NCBI RefSeq assembly: GCF_963921235.1 | Contig: NC_086097.1 | Span: 105,774,001 to 105,838,000, forward strand | DNA from: Mobula hypostoma | Taxonomy: Eukaryota | DNA length: 64,000 nt | Direction of reading: 5' to 3' | Shown: one piece after another, positions 26,183-40,000 of the stretch | Position numbering within the stretch: position 1 is the first letter of the stretch | Layout: each line of letters starts with the position of its first letter | Program-made: the position numbers and the translations under genes | The notes under the pieces: generated by a model | Seen by the model: the letters and a program-made list of their open reading frames with translations, nothing else | Databases searched by the model: none | Told to the model about the DNA's origin: nothing

Positions 26183-28708
26183 CAGTCACTGTCGCCCTGT
26201 ACCACACTGACTCCCTACAGTCACTGTCGCCCTGTACCACACTGACACCCTACAGTCACTGTCGCCCTGTACCACACTGACACCCTACAGTCACTGTCGC
26301 CCTGTACCACACTGATTCCCTACAATCACTCTCGCCCTGTACCACACTGACACCCTACAGTCACTCTCACCCTGTACCACACTGACACCCTACAGTCACT
26401 CTCACCCTGTACCACACTGACTCCCTGCAGTCACTGTCGCCCTGTACCACACTAACACCCTACAGTCACTCTCACCCTGTACCACACTGACTCCCTACAG
26501 TCACTGTCGCCCTGTACCACACTGATTCCCTACAATCACTCTCGCCCTGTACCACACTGACACCCTACAGTCACTCTCACCCTGTACCACACTGACACCC
26601 TACAGTCACTCTCACCCTGTACCACACTGACTCCCTGCAGTCACTGTCGCCCTGTACCACACTAACACCCTACAGTCACTCTCACCCTGTACCACACTGA
26701 CTCCCTACAGTCACTGTCGCCCTGTACCACACTGACACCCTACAGTCACTCTCACCCTGTACCGCACTGACTCCCTACAGTCACTCTCACCCTGTACCAC
26801 ACTGACTCCCTACAGTCACTGTCGCCCTGTACCACACTGACACCCTACAGTCACTGTCGCCCTGTACCACACTGACTCCCTGCAGTCACTGTCGCCCTGT
26901 ACCACACTGACTCCCTACAGTCACTGTCGCCCTGTACCACACTGACACCCTACAGTCACTCTCACCCTGTACCACACTGACTCCCTACAGTCACTGTCGC
27001 CCTGTACCACACTGATTCCCTACAATCACTCTCGCCCTGTACCACACTGACACCCTACAGTCACTCTCACCCTGTACCATACTGACACCCTACAGTCACT
27101 CTCACCCTGTACCACACTGACTCCCTGCAGTCACTGTCGCCCTGTACCACACTAACACCCTACAGTCACTCTCACCCTGTACCACACTGACTCCCTACAG
27201 TCACTGTCACCCTGTACCACACTGACACCCTACAGTCACTCTCACCCTGTACCACACTGACACCCTACAGTCACTCTCACCCTGTACCACACTGACACCC
27301 TACAGTCACTCTCACCCTGTACCACACTGACTCCCTACAGTCACTGTCGCCCTGTACCACACTGACACCCTACAGTCGCTCTCACCCTGTACCACACTGA
27401 CTCCCTACAGTCACTGTCGCCCTGTACCACACTGATTCCCTACAATCACTCTCGCCCTGTACCACACTGACACCCTACAGTCACTCTCACCCTGTACCAC
27501 ACTGACACCCTACAGTCACTCTCACCCTGTACCACACTGACTCCCTGCAGTCACTGTCGCCCTGTACCACACTAACACCCTACAGTCACTCTCACCCTGT
27601 ACCACACTGACTCCCTACAGTCACTGTCACCCTGTACCACACGGACACCCTACAGTCACTCTCACCCTGTACCACACTGACACCCTACAGTCACTCTCAC
27701 CCTGTACCACACTGACTCCCTACAGTCACTGTCACCCTGTACCACACTGACACCCTACAGTCACTCTCACCCTGTACCACACTGACACCCTACAGTCACT
27801 CTCACCCTGTACCACTCTGACACCCTACAGTCACTCTCACCCTGTACCACACTGACTCCCTACAATCACTGTCGCCCTGTACCACACTGAGTCCCTACAG
27901 TCACTCTCACCCTGTACCACACTGACTCCCTACAGTCACTGTTGCCCTGTACCACACTGACACCCTACAGTCACTCTCACCCTGTACCACTCTGACACCC
28001 TACAGTCACTCTCACCCTGTACCACACTGACTCCCTACAGTCACTCTCACCCTGTACCACACTGACTCCCTACAATCACAGTCGCCCTGTACCACACTGA
28101 GTCCCTACAGTCACTGTCACCCTGTACCACACTGACACCCTACAGTCACTCTCACCCTGTACCACACTGACACCCTACAGTCACTCTCACCCTGTACCAC
28201 TCTGACACCCTACAGTCACTCTCACCCTGTACCACACTGACTCCCTACAGTCACTCTCACCCTGTACCACACTGACTCCCTACAATCACAGTCGCCCTGT
28301 ACCACACTGAGTCCCTACAGTCACTGTCACCCTGTACCACACTGACACCCTACAGTCACTCTCACCCTGTACCACACTGACACCCTACAGTCACTCTCAC
28401 CCTGTACCACTCTGACACCCTACAGTCACTCTCACCCTGTACCACACTGACTCCCTACAATCACAGTCGCCCTGTACCACACTGAGTCCCTACAGTCACT
28501 CTCACCCTGTACCACACTGACTCCCTACAGTCACTGTTGCCCTGTACCACACTGACACCCTACAGTCACTCTCACCCTGTACCACTCTGACACCCTACAG
28601 TCACTCTCACCCTGTACCACACTGACTCCCTACAGTCACTCTCACCCTGTACCACACTGACTCCCTACAATCACAGTCGCCCTGTACCACACTGAGTCCC
28701 TACAGTCA
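26183..28708. repeat. 35-bp minisatellite, about 72 copies
   Basis: Unit tcact(c/g)tc(a/g)ccctgtaccacactgac(a/t)ccctacag. Phase is kept exactly: tcact at 26221 and at 28321, 60 units later. Confidence 0.98.
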
Positions 28709-28709
28709 T

Positions 28710-29250
28710 ACTTGTTCTGTACAACACTTTACTATCTTCATTGAGGATCTTTCTGCTCCACACACGATGTCCACTTTTCCTTCAAAGGTCCCTATTGTTT
28801 TTCTCCTCAGGTACATTAAATCTCTTTGACTTCTTCTTCGTCTTTGGCAAAGACATCTCATGGTCCTTGTGAATTCCTTCTTCAGTACACTGCTGCATCT
28901 CAGGAATTCATGCTTCCAGCTGCCTGTACATAGTTCATGCCTCCTTTTTCTAGACGGAGGCTCAATATTGCTCATCATCCAGGGTTCCCTATTCCTACCA
29001 GCTTTACCCATCACTCTAACAGACGTATGCATACCTCAACATCTTGCCTTTAAATACCATCCTTTTGCCAGATGTCTCTCTGCCTACAAACAGTCTCTCC
29101 AATCAATTCAATATTGTTAAATGCTGTTAAAATTTGCTTTTTCCCAGTTTGGAACTCTGCCTTGTAGACCAGATCTGTCCCTTTCCATAACTATTAGAAG
29201 CATGGCCACTGGTCCCAAAGTGCTCCCCCACTGTCTCTGCAGTCACTTGA
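28710..29250 (-). mobile_element. Degraded CR1 ORF2 fragment
   Basis: VMGKAGRNREPWMMSNIE parallels IKGKVNRHREPWFSRDIG of the CR1 at 23806..24192. Confidence 0.65.
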
Positions 29251-30969
29251 CGCACCCTAAGCAAAGAGAGTCAGTTTTGAGGGCGTTTAGGGAGTCAGAG
29301 TTAGGGGTTGTTTAGGGTGGTTGATGGGGAGCCAGTAGATTGGCTGCTATACCCAGGATGGTGTCAAAGTTCTTGAGGCCACACTCACTCAGACAAACGG
29401 AGGGTGTTCCTTCAGGCTGCTGACCGGTGCCCTGTAGACGGGGACAGAGCTTGGGTGCTGCTCCTCCCCATAGGGTCCCGAGTCTCTGACCTTGCCCCAA
29501 AGTGTCAGTGTTTCACCTTTGGCAGCCTGAAGACTGAATCCCCCTCACCTACGCTCTATGACCCCTTTGCAAAAGCTTCTCTTATAAGCCCAGCTGCAGC
29601 TCAGCCAACACTGTTAAACATAATTTGGTGTCTCCTCTGTAAGAGCAATGTACAACGTTCGACAACAGTGACAGGAGCCATAAGGAATGTGAAGCACATC
29701 TCTGCCACTGTTGTAAGTGTGACCCCAGCACTGTTCAAGAGACCACAAACCCTCCTGCCTCGGGGGGTGGTTCTGCAAGGAGCTGGGTGAATGGGCAGTG
29801 CCAGGGGATCTGAAAGGTACCCAGTTGCCCCGGTTCACGGAACACGGGGAGAAGCAAGGGTAACTCTCAAATCCACTCACCTTTTGTAGGGTGAGTGAGA
29901 ATTAGGATGTCTGTGCTGTGCACAGACACTCAGAAACTCCAGTAACCCCACCCAGTGTACACCTTGGATGGGGCCCGCACCTGCCTCTTTGGTCCTGTGG
30001 TTTCAGTCAGTACTTTATCTTTCCATAGTTAATCTATTACATCACTCTCCAATGATATTACTTCCTTTCACAGCAGTGGTTCTATCTCCATTCCAAGTTT
30101 GTATGAGACTCTTTCTTGGCCAGTTCAGAGAGGCTGGTACCTTTGACCACAGGAACATTAAGTAGACTTGCTTGTCCAATTGCCAGACGTTAGCAAAATT
30201 GATGAAGCACCAAAGGTTGATCAAGGCAGCAAGGAGAACTGTTAGCTTGAGTACCCTGTTGTACATTCTGTGACAGTGACCTGACATTCTGAATTCAGCT
30301 CCCTGGATTGGAACTGCTCCCGTACACTTGTGGCTCAGGCAGCAAAGCTGAGTGTATTGGATAGATCCTATCCACCTGTGCCCTGTAGATGGGGCAGAAC
30401 TTAGGGTACAGCTGGAATAGTCACTCCCCACAGGGTCCCCAGTCCTTATCACCTATAATAACTGGGTTTCTTGCTCCAGACAATCAAAGTCTCCAAAACC
30501 TGCAGTAATTAATTTGTAGTTTGAGTGTGCTGTTGTGGACATTCTGTGCCATTGCTTTGTGCTCCGTGTGGGGTAGTAAAGTGGAATAAAATCTATTTCA
30601 TTGATTGTGTGTTTATATGTTGCCATAACCAGAGGGTTCTCACCATTGAGCTGCTGGGAAGATACTCGCTCCATTAAATCAGAGCCTTTCATTAGAATGC
30701 TTCCTGGCTCTGTTGTTGCCTTTCATTAATCCTGCCAAGCCTGTTGGCCCTCTTGTTCATCAGAGAGCTTTGGCGCTATTTCCGAGACCTGCACATTGCC
30801 AGGTTAACCAGCGACTGAAGTGTGTGGAGCAGAGTTTCGGAACTGGCAGGTTTCCCTGTCTGCTCCAGTTTTCTCGTAGATGTGTGTTGGTGGGTTAGAT
30901 GCCTGCAGCAAGTTCCTCTCGGGCGCAGAGATGTTGGGGAATCTTTAAGGGAAGCAGAGGGGAGTGTGG

Positions 30970-31045
30970 TGAGAAGAGTGATACAGCATAGGAAGAGGCC
31001 CTGAGGCCCACTGCATCCATTCAGACCACTTTGCCCATCTACATT
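30970..31045 (-). mobile_element. CR1 3' terminus running directly into the 39-bp array
   Basis: agagtgatacagcataggaagaggccctgaggcccactgcatccat matches the other minus-strand CR1 tails here (11058, 19810, 21640). Confidence 0.65.
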
Positions 31046-34000
31046 GCCCCCTGTCTCTGCATCAGGACATGCCCATCTGCATAGCCCCCCTGTCTGCATC
31101 AGGACATGCCCATCTACATTGTCCCCCATCCCTGCATCAGGACATGCCCATCTATATTGCCCCCTGTCCCTACATCAGGACATGCCCATCTATATTGCCC
31201 CCTGTCCCTACATCAGGACATGCCCATCTACATTGCCCCCCATCCCTGCATCAGGACATGCTGATCTACATTGCCCCCCATCCCTGCATCAGGACATGCC
31301 CATCTACATTGCCCCCCATCCCTGCATCAGGATATGCCCATCTACATTGCCCCCCCGCCATCCCTGCATCAGGACATGCCCATCTACATTGCCCCCCCTC
31401 CATCCCTGCATCAGGACATGCCCATCTACATTGCCCCCCCTCCATCCCTACATCAGGACATGCCCATCTACATTGCCCCCCCCTCCATCCCTACATCAGG
31501 ACATGCCCATCTACATTGCCCCTGTCTCTGCATCAAGACATGCCCATCTACATTGCCCCCCTGTCTCTGCATCAGGACATGCCCAACTACATTGCCCCCC
31601 TGTCTCTGCATCAGGACATGCCCATCTACATTGCCCCCCTGTCTCTGCATCAGGACATGCCCATCTACATTGCCCCCCTGTCTCTGCATCAGGACATGCC
31701 CATCTATATTGCCCCCCTGTCTCTGCATCAGGACATGCCCATCTACATTGCCCCCCAACCCTGCATCGGGACATGCCCATCTACATTGCCCTTGTCCCTG
31801 CATCAGGACATGCCCATCTACATTGCCCCCCTGTCCCTGCATCAGGACATGCCCATCTACATTGCCCCCCTGTCCCTGCATCAGGACATGCCCATCTACA
31901 TTGCCCCCTTGTCCCTGCATCAGGACATGCCCATCTACATTGCCCCCCTGTCTCTGCATCAGAACATGCCCATCTATATTGTCCCCCATCCCTGCATCAG
32001 GACATGCCCATCTATATTGTCCCCCATCCCTGCATCAGGACATGCCCATCTACATTGCCCCCCCGTCTCTGCATCAGGACATGCCCATCTACATTGCCCC
32101 CTGTCCCTACATCAGGACATGCCCGTCGACATTGTCCCTGTTCCTGCATCAGGACATGCCCATCTACATTGCCCCCTGTCCCTACATCAGGACATGCCCA
32201 TCTACATTGTCCCCCATCCCTGCATCAGGACATGCCCATCTACATTGCCCCCCTGTCCCTGCATCAGGACATGCCCATCTACATTGTCCCTGTTCCTGTA
32301 TCAGGACATGCCCATGTATATTGTCCCCCATCCCTGCATCAGGACATGCCCATCTACATTGCCCCCCTGTCCCTGCATCAGGACATGCCCATCTACATTG
32401 TCCCTGTTCCTGTATCAGGACATGCCCATCTATATTGTCCCCCATCCCTGCATCAGGACATGCCCATCTACATTGTCCCCCTGTCCCTGCATCAGGACAT
32501 GCCCATCTACATTGTCCCCCTGTCCCTGCATCAGGACATGCCCATCTACATTGCCCCCTGTCCCTGCATCAGGACATGCCCATCTACATTGCCCCCCATC
32601 CCTGCATCAGGACATGCTGATCTACATTGCCCCCCATCCCTGCATCAGGACATGCCCATCTACATTGCCCCCCATCCCTGCATCAGGATATGCCCATCTA
32701 CATTGCCCCCCCGCCATCCCTGCATCAGGACATGCCCATCTACATTGTCCCCCTGTCCCTGCATCAGGACATGCCCATCTACATTGCCCCCTGTCCCTGC
32801 ATCAGGACATGCCCATCTATATTGTCCCCCCATCCCTGCATCAGGACATGCCCATCTACATTGCCCCCACCAACCCTGCATCAGGACATGCCCATCTACA
32901 TTGCCCCCTTGTCCCTGCATCAGGACATGCCCATCTACATTGCCCCCCTGTCTCTGCATCAGGACATGCCCATCTACATTGCCCCCTGTCCCTACATCAG
33001 GACATGCCCATCTACATTGTCCCCCATCCCTGCATCAGGACATGCCCATCTACATTGCCCCCCTGTCCCTGCATCAGGACATGCCCATCTACATTGTCCC
33101 TGTTCCTGTATCAGGACATGCCCATCTATATTGTCCCCCATCCCTGCATCAGGACATGCCCATCTACATTGCCCCCCTGTCCCTGCATCAGGACATGCCT
33201 ATCTACATTGTCCCTGTTACTGTATCAGGACATGCCCATCTATATTGTCCCCCATCCCTGCATCAGGACATGCCCATCTACATTGTCCCCCTGTCCCTGC
33301 ATCAGGACATGCCCATCTACATTGCCCCCCATCCCTGCATCAGGATATGCCCATCTACATTGCCCCCCCGCCATCCCTGCATCAGGACATGCCCATCTAC
33401 ATTGCCCCCCCTCCATCCCTACATCAGGACATGCCCACCTATATTGCCCCTGTCTCTGCATCAAGACATGCCCATCTACATTGCCCCCCTGTCTCTGCAT
33501 CAGGACATGCCCAACTACATTGCCCCTGTGTCTCTGCATCAGGACATGCCCATTTACATTGCCCCCCTGTCTCTGCATCAAGACACGCCCATCTACATTG
33601 CCCCCCTGTCTCTGCATCAGGACATGCCCATCTACATTGCCCCCTGTCCCTGCATCAGGACATGCCCATCTACATTGCCCCCCAACCCTGCATCGGGACA
33701 TGCCCATCTACATTGCCCTTGTCCCTGCATCAGGACATGCCCATCTACATTGCCCCCCTGTCCCTGCATCAGGACATGCCCATCTACATTGCCCCCAACC
33801 CTGCATCGGGACATGCCCATCTACATTGCCCCCCTGTCCCTGCATCAGGACATGCTGATCTAATTGCCCCTCATCCCTGCATCAGGACATGCCCATCTAC
33901 ATTGCCCTTGTCCCTGCATCAGGAAATGCCCATCTACATTGCCCCCCTGTCCCTGCATCAGGACATGCCCATCTACATTGTCCCCCATCCCTGCATCAGG

Positions 34001-37000
34001 ACATGCCCATCTACATTGCCCCCCTGTCCCTGCATCAGGACATGCCCATCTACATTGTCCCCCATCCCTGCATCAGGACATGCCCATCTACATTGCCCCC
34101 CTGTCCCTGCATCAGGACATGCCCATCTACATTGCCCCCCTGTCTCTGCATCAGGACATGCCCATCTACATTGCCCCCTGTCCCTGCATCAGGACATGCC
34201 CATCTACATTGCCCCCCAACCCTGCATCGGGACATGCCCATCTACATTGCCCTTGTCCCTGCATCAGGACATGCCCATCTACATTGCCCCCCTGTCCCTG
34301 CATCAGGACATGCCCATCTACATTGCCCCCAACCCTGCATCGGGACATGCCCATCTACATTGCCCCCCTGTCCCTGCATCAGGACATGCTGATCTAATTG
34401 CCCCCCATCCCTGCATCAGGACATGCCCATCTACATTGCCCTTGTCCCTGCATCAGGACATGCCCATCTACATTGCCCCCCTGTCCCTGCATCAGGACAT
34501 GCCCATCTACATTGTCCCCCATCCCTGCATCAGGACATGCCCATCTACATTGCCCCCCTGACCCTGCATCAGGACATGCCCATCTACATTGTCCCCCATC
34601 CCTGCATCAGGACATGCCCATCTACATTGCCCCCCTGTCCCTGCATCAGGACATGCCAATCTACATTGCCCCCCTGTCTCTGCATCAGGACATGCCCATC
34701 TACATTGCCCCCTGTCCCTGCATCAGGACATGCCCATCTACATTGTCCCCCATCCCTGCATCAGGACATGCCCATCTACATTGCCCCCTGTCCCTGCATC
34801 AGGACATGTCCATGTACATTGTCCCCCATCCCTGCATCAGGACATGCCCATCTACATTGCCCCCTGTCCCTGCATCAGGACATGCCCATCTACATTGCCC
34901 CCTGTCCCTGCATCAGGACATGCCCATCTATATTGCCCCCTGTCCCTGCATCAGGACATGCCCATCTACATTGTTCCCTTGTCCCTGCATCAGGACATGC
35001 CCATCTGCATTGCCCCCATCCCTGCATCAGGACATGCCCATCGACATTGTCCCCCATCCCTACATCAGGACATGCCCATCTGCATTGCCCCCCATCCCTA
35101 CATCAGGACATGCCCATCTACATTGCCCCCCATCCCTGCATCAGGACATGCCCATCTACATTGTCCCCCTGTGTCTGCATCAGGACATGCCCATCTACAT
35201 TGCCCCCCATCCCTGCATCAGGACATGCCCATCTGCATTGTCCCCCTGTCCCTGCATCAGGACATGCCCATCTACATTGCCCCCCTGTCCCTGCATCAGG
35301 ACATGCCCATCTATATTGCCCTTGTCCCTGCATCAGGACATGCCCGTCGACATTGTCCCCCATCCCTGCATCAGGACATGCCCATCTGCATTGCCCCTTG
35401 TCCCTGCATCAGGACATGCCCATCTACATTGCCCCCTGTCCCTGCATCAGGACATGCCCATCTACATTGCCCCCTGTCCCTGCATCAGGACATGCCCATC
35501 TATATTGCCCCCTGTCCCTGCATCAGGACATGCCCATCTACATTGCCCCCTGTCCCTGCATCAGGACATGCCCATCTATATTGCCCCCTGTCCCTGCATC
35601 AGGACATGCCCATCTACATTGCCCCCCTGTCCCTGCATCAGGACATGCCCATCTACATTGTCCCTGTTCCTGTATCAGGACATGCCCATCTATATTGTCC
35701 CCCATCCCTGCATCAGGACATGCCCATCTACATTGTCCCCCTGTCCCTGCATCAAGACATGCCCATCTACATTGCCCCCTGTCCCTGCATCAGGACATGC
35801 CCATCTACATTGCCCCCCATCCCTGCATCAGGACATGCTGATCTACATTGCCCCCCATCCCTGCATCAGGACATGCCCATCTACATTGCCCCCCATCCCT
35901 GCATCAGGATATGCCCATCTACATTGCCCCCCCGCCATCCCTGCATCAGGACATGCCCATCTACATTGCCCCCCCTCCATCCCTGCATCCGGACATGCCC
36001 ATCTACATTGCCCCCCCTCCATCCCTACATCAGGACATGCCCATCTACATTGCCCCCCCTCCATCCCTACATCAGGACATGCCCATCTACATTGCCCCTG
36101 TCTCTGCATCAAGACATGCCCATCTACATTGCCCCCCTGTCTCTGCATCAGGACATGCCCATCTACATTGCCCCTGTCTCTGCATCAAGACATGCCCATC
36201 TACATTGCCCCCCTGTCTCTGCATCAGGACATGCCCAACTACATTGCCCCCCTGTCTCTGCATCAGGACATGCCCATCTACATTGCCCCCCTGTCTCTGC
36301 ATCAAGACATGCCCATCTACATTGCCCCCTCGCCATCCCTACATCAGGACATGCCCATCTACATTGCCCCCCTGTCCCTGCATCAGGACATGCCCATCTA
36401 CATTGCCCCCAACCCTGCATCGGGACATGCCCATCTACATTGCCCCCCTGTCTCTGCATCAGGACATGCCCAACTACATTGCCCCTGTGTCTCTGCATCA
36501 GGACATGCCCATCTACATTGCCCCCCTGTCTCTGCATCAAGACATGCCCATCTACATTGCCCCCCTGTCTCTGCATCAGGACATGCCCATCTACATTGCC
36601 CCCTGTCCCTGCATCAGGACATGCCCATCTACATTGCCCCCCAACCCTGCATCGGGACATGCCCATCTACATTGCCCCCCTGTCCCTGCATCAGGACATG
36701 CCCATCTACATTGCCCCCAACCCTGCATCGGGACATGCCCATCTACATTGCCCTTGTCCCTGCATCAGGACATGCCCATCTACATTGCCCCCTGTCCCTG
36801 CATCAGGACATGCCCATCTACATTGCCCCCCATCCCTGCATCAGGACATGCTGATCTACATTGCCCCCCATCCCTGCATCAGGACATGCCCATCTACGTT
36901 GCCCCCCTCCATCCCTGCATCCGGACATGCCTATCTACATTGCCCCCCCTCCATCCCTACATCAGGACATGCCCATCTACATTGCCCCCCTCCATCCCTA

Positions 37001-40000
37001 CATCAGGACATGCCCATCTACATTGCCCCTGTCTCTGCATCAAGACATGCCCATCTACATTGCCCCCCTGTCTCTGCATCAGGACATGCCCATCTACATT
37101 GCCCCTGTCTCTGCATCAAGACATGCCCATCTACATTGCCCCCCTGTCTCTGCATCAGGACATGCCCAACTACATTGCCCCTGTGTCTCTGCATCAGGAC
37201 ATGCCCATCTACATTGCCCCCCTGTCTCTGCATCAAGACATGCCCATCTACATTGCCCCCCTGTCTCTGCATCAGGACATGCCCATCTACATTGCCCCCT
37301 GTCCCTGCATCAGGACATGCCCATCTACATTGCCCCCCAACCCTGCATCGGGACATGCCCATCTACATTGCCCCCCTGTCCCTGCATCAGGACATGCCCA
37401 TCTACATTGCCCCCAACCCTGCATCGGGACATGCCCATCTACATTGCCCTTGTCCCTGCATCAGGACATGCCCATCTACATTGCCCCCCTGTCCCTGCAT
37501 CAGGACATGCCTGCCCCCCATCCCTGGACATGCCCATCTACATTGCCCTTGTCCCTGCCAGGACATGCCCATCTACATCAGGACATGCCCATCTACATTG
37601 CCCCCCTCAGGACATGCCCATCTCATTGTCCCCATCAGGACATGCCCATCTACATTGCCCCTCCCTGCATCAGGACATGCCCATCTACATTGCCCCCCTG
37701 TCTCTGCATCAGGACATGCCCATCTACATTGCCCCCCTGTCTCTGCATCAAGACATGCCCATCTACATTGCCCCCCTGTCTCTGCATCGGACATGCCCAT
37801 CTACATTGCCCCCTGTCCCTGCATCAGGACATGCCCATCTACATTGCCCCCCAACCCTGCATCGGGACATGCCCATCTACATTGCCCCCCTGTCCCTGCA
37901 TCAGGACATGCCCATCTACATTGCCCCCAACCCTGCATCGGGACATGCCCATCTACATTGCCCTTGTCCCTGCATCAGGACATGCCCATCTACATTGCCC
38001 CCTGTCCCTGCATCAGGACATGCCCATCTACATTGCCCCCCATCCCTGCATCAGGACATGCTGATCTACATTGCCCCCCATCCCTGCATCAGGACATGCC
38101 CATTTACGTTGCCCTCCCTCCATCCCTGCATCCGGACATGCCCATCTACATTGCCCCCCCTCCATCCCTACATCAGGACATGCCCATCTACATTGCCCCC
38201 CCTCCATCCCTACATCAGGACACGCACATCTACATTGCCCCTGTCTCTGCATCAAGACATGCCTATCTACATTGCCCCCCTGTCTCTGCATCAGGACATG
38301 CCCATCTACATTGCCCCTGTCTCTGCATCAAGACATGCCCATCTACATTGCCCCCCTGTCTCTGCATCAGGACATGCCCAACTACATTGCCCCCCATGTG
38401 TCTGCATGCATGCCCATCTACATTGCCCCCCTGACATGCCCATCTACATTGCCCCCCTGTCCCTGCATCAGGACATGCCCATCTACATTGCCCCCTGTCC
38501 CTGCATCAGGACATGCCCATCTACATCCCTTGTCCCTGCATCAGGACATGCCCATCTGCCGCCCTGCATCTGCCCATCTACATTGCCCCCCTGTCCCTGC
38601 ATCAGGACATGCCCATCTAATTGCCCCCCATCCCTGCATCAGGACATGCCCATCTACATTGCCCTTGTCCCTGCATCAGGACATGCCCATCTACATTGCC
38701 CTTGTCCCTGCATCAGGACATGCCCATCTACATTGCCCCATCATGTCCCTGCATCAGGACATGCCCATCTACATTGCCCCCCTGTCCCTGCATCAGGACA
38801 TGCCCATCTACATTGCCCCCTGTCCCTGCATCAGGACATGCCCATCTACATTGTCCCCCTGTGTCTGCATCAGGACATGCCCATCTACATTGCCCCCCTG
38901 TCCCTGCATCAGGACATGCCCATCTACATTGCCCCTGTGTCCCTGCATCAGGACATGCCCATCTGCATTGTCCCCCTGTCCCTGCATCAGGACATGCCCA
39001 TCTGCATTGCCCCCCTGTCCCTGCATCAGGACATGCCCATCTACATTGCCCCCTGTCCCTGCATCAGGACATGCCCATCTACATTGCCCCCTGTCCCTGC
39101 ATCAGGACATGCCCATCTATATTGCCCCCCTGTCCCTGCATCAGGACATGCCCATCTACATTGTTCCCTTGTCCCTGCACCAGGACATGCGCATCTGCAT
39201 TGCCCCTTGTCCCTGCATCAGGACATGCCCATCTACATTGCCCCCTGTCCCTGCATCAGGACATGCCCATCTACATTGCCCCCTGTCCCTGCATCAGGAC
39301 ATGCCCATCTATATTGCCCCCTGTCCCTGCATCAGGACATGCCCATCTACATTGTTCCCTTGTCCCTGCATCAGGACATGCCCATCTGCATTGCTCCCCA
39401 TCCCTACATCAGGACATGCCCATCGACATTGTCCCCCTGTGTCTGCATCAGGACATGCCCATCTACATTGCCCCCCATCCCTGCATCAGGACATGCCCAT
39501 CTACATTGTCCCCCTGTCCCTGCATCAGGACATGCCCATCTACATTGCCCCCCTGTCCCTGCATCAGGACATGCCCATCTACATTGCCCCCCATCCCTGC
39601 ATCAGGACATGCCCATCTGCATTGCCCCTCATCCCTGCATCAGGACATGCCCATCTACATTGTCCCCCTGTCCCTGCATCAGGACATGCCCATCTACATT
39701 GCCCCCCCCTGTCCCTGCATCAGGACATGCCCATCTACATTGCCCCCCTCCCTGCATCAGGACATGCCCATCTACATTGCCCCCCATCCCTGCATCAGGA
39801 CATGCCCATCTACATTGCCCCTGTGTCTGCATCAGGACATGCCCATCTACATTGCCCCCCATCCCTGCATCAGGACATGCTGATCTACATTGCCCCCCAT
39901 CCCTGCATCAGGACATGCCCATCTACATTGCCCCCCATCCCTGCATCAGGAATGCCCATCTACATTGCCCCCCCGCCATCCCTGCATCAGGACATGCCCA

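Noticed and set aside
26183..28708. CRISPR-like 35-bp periodicity
   Set aside because: Head-to-tail repeats with no unique spacers, no cas genes, and vertebrate context.
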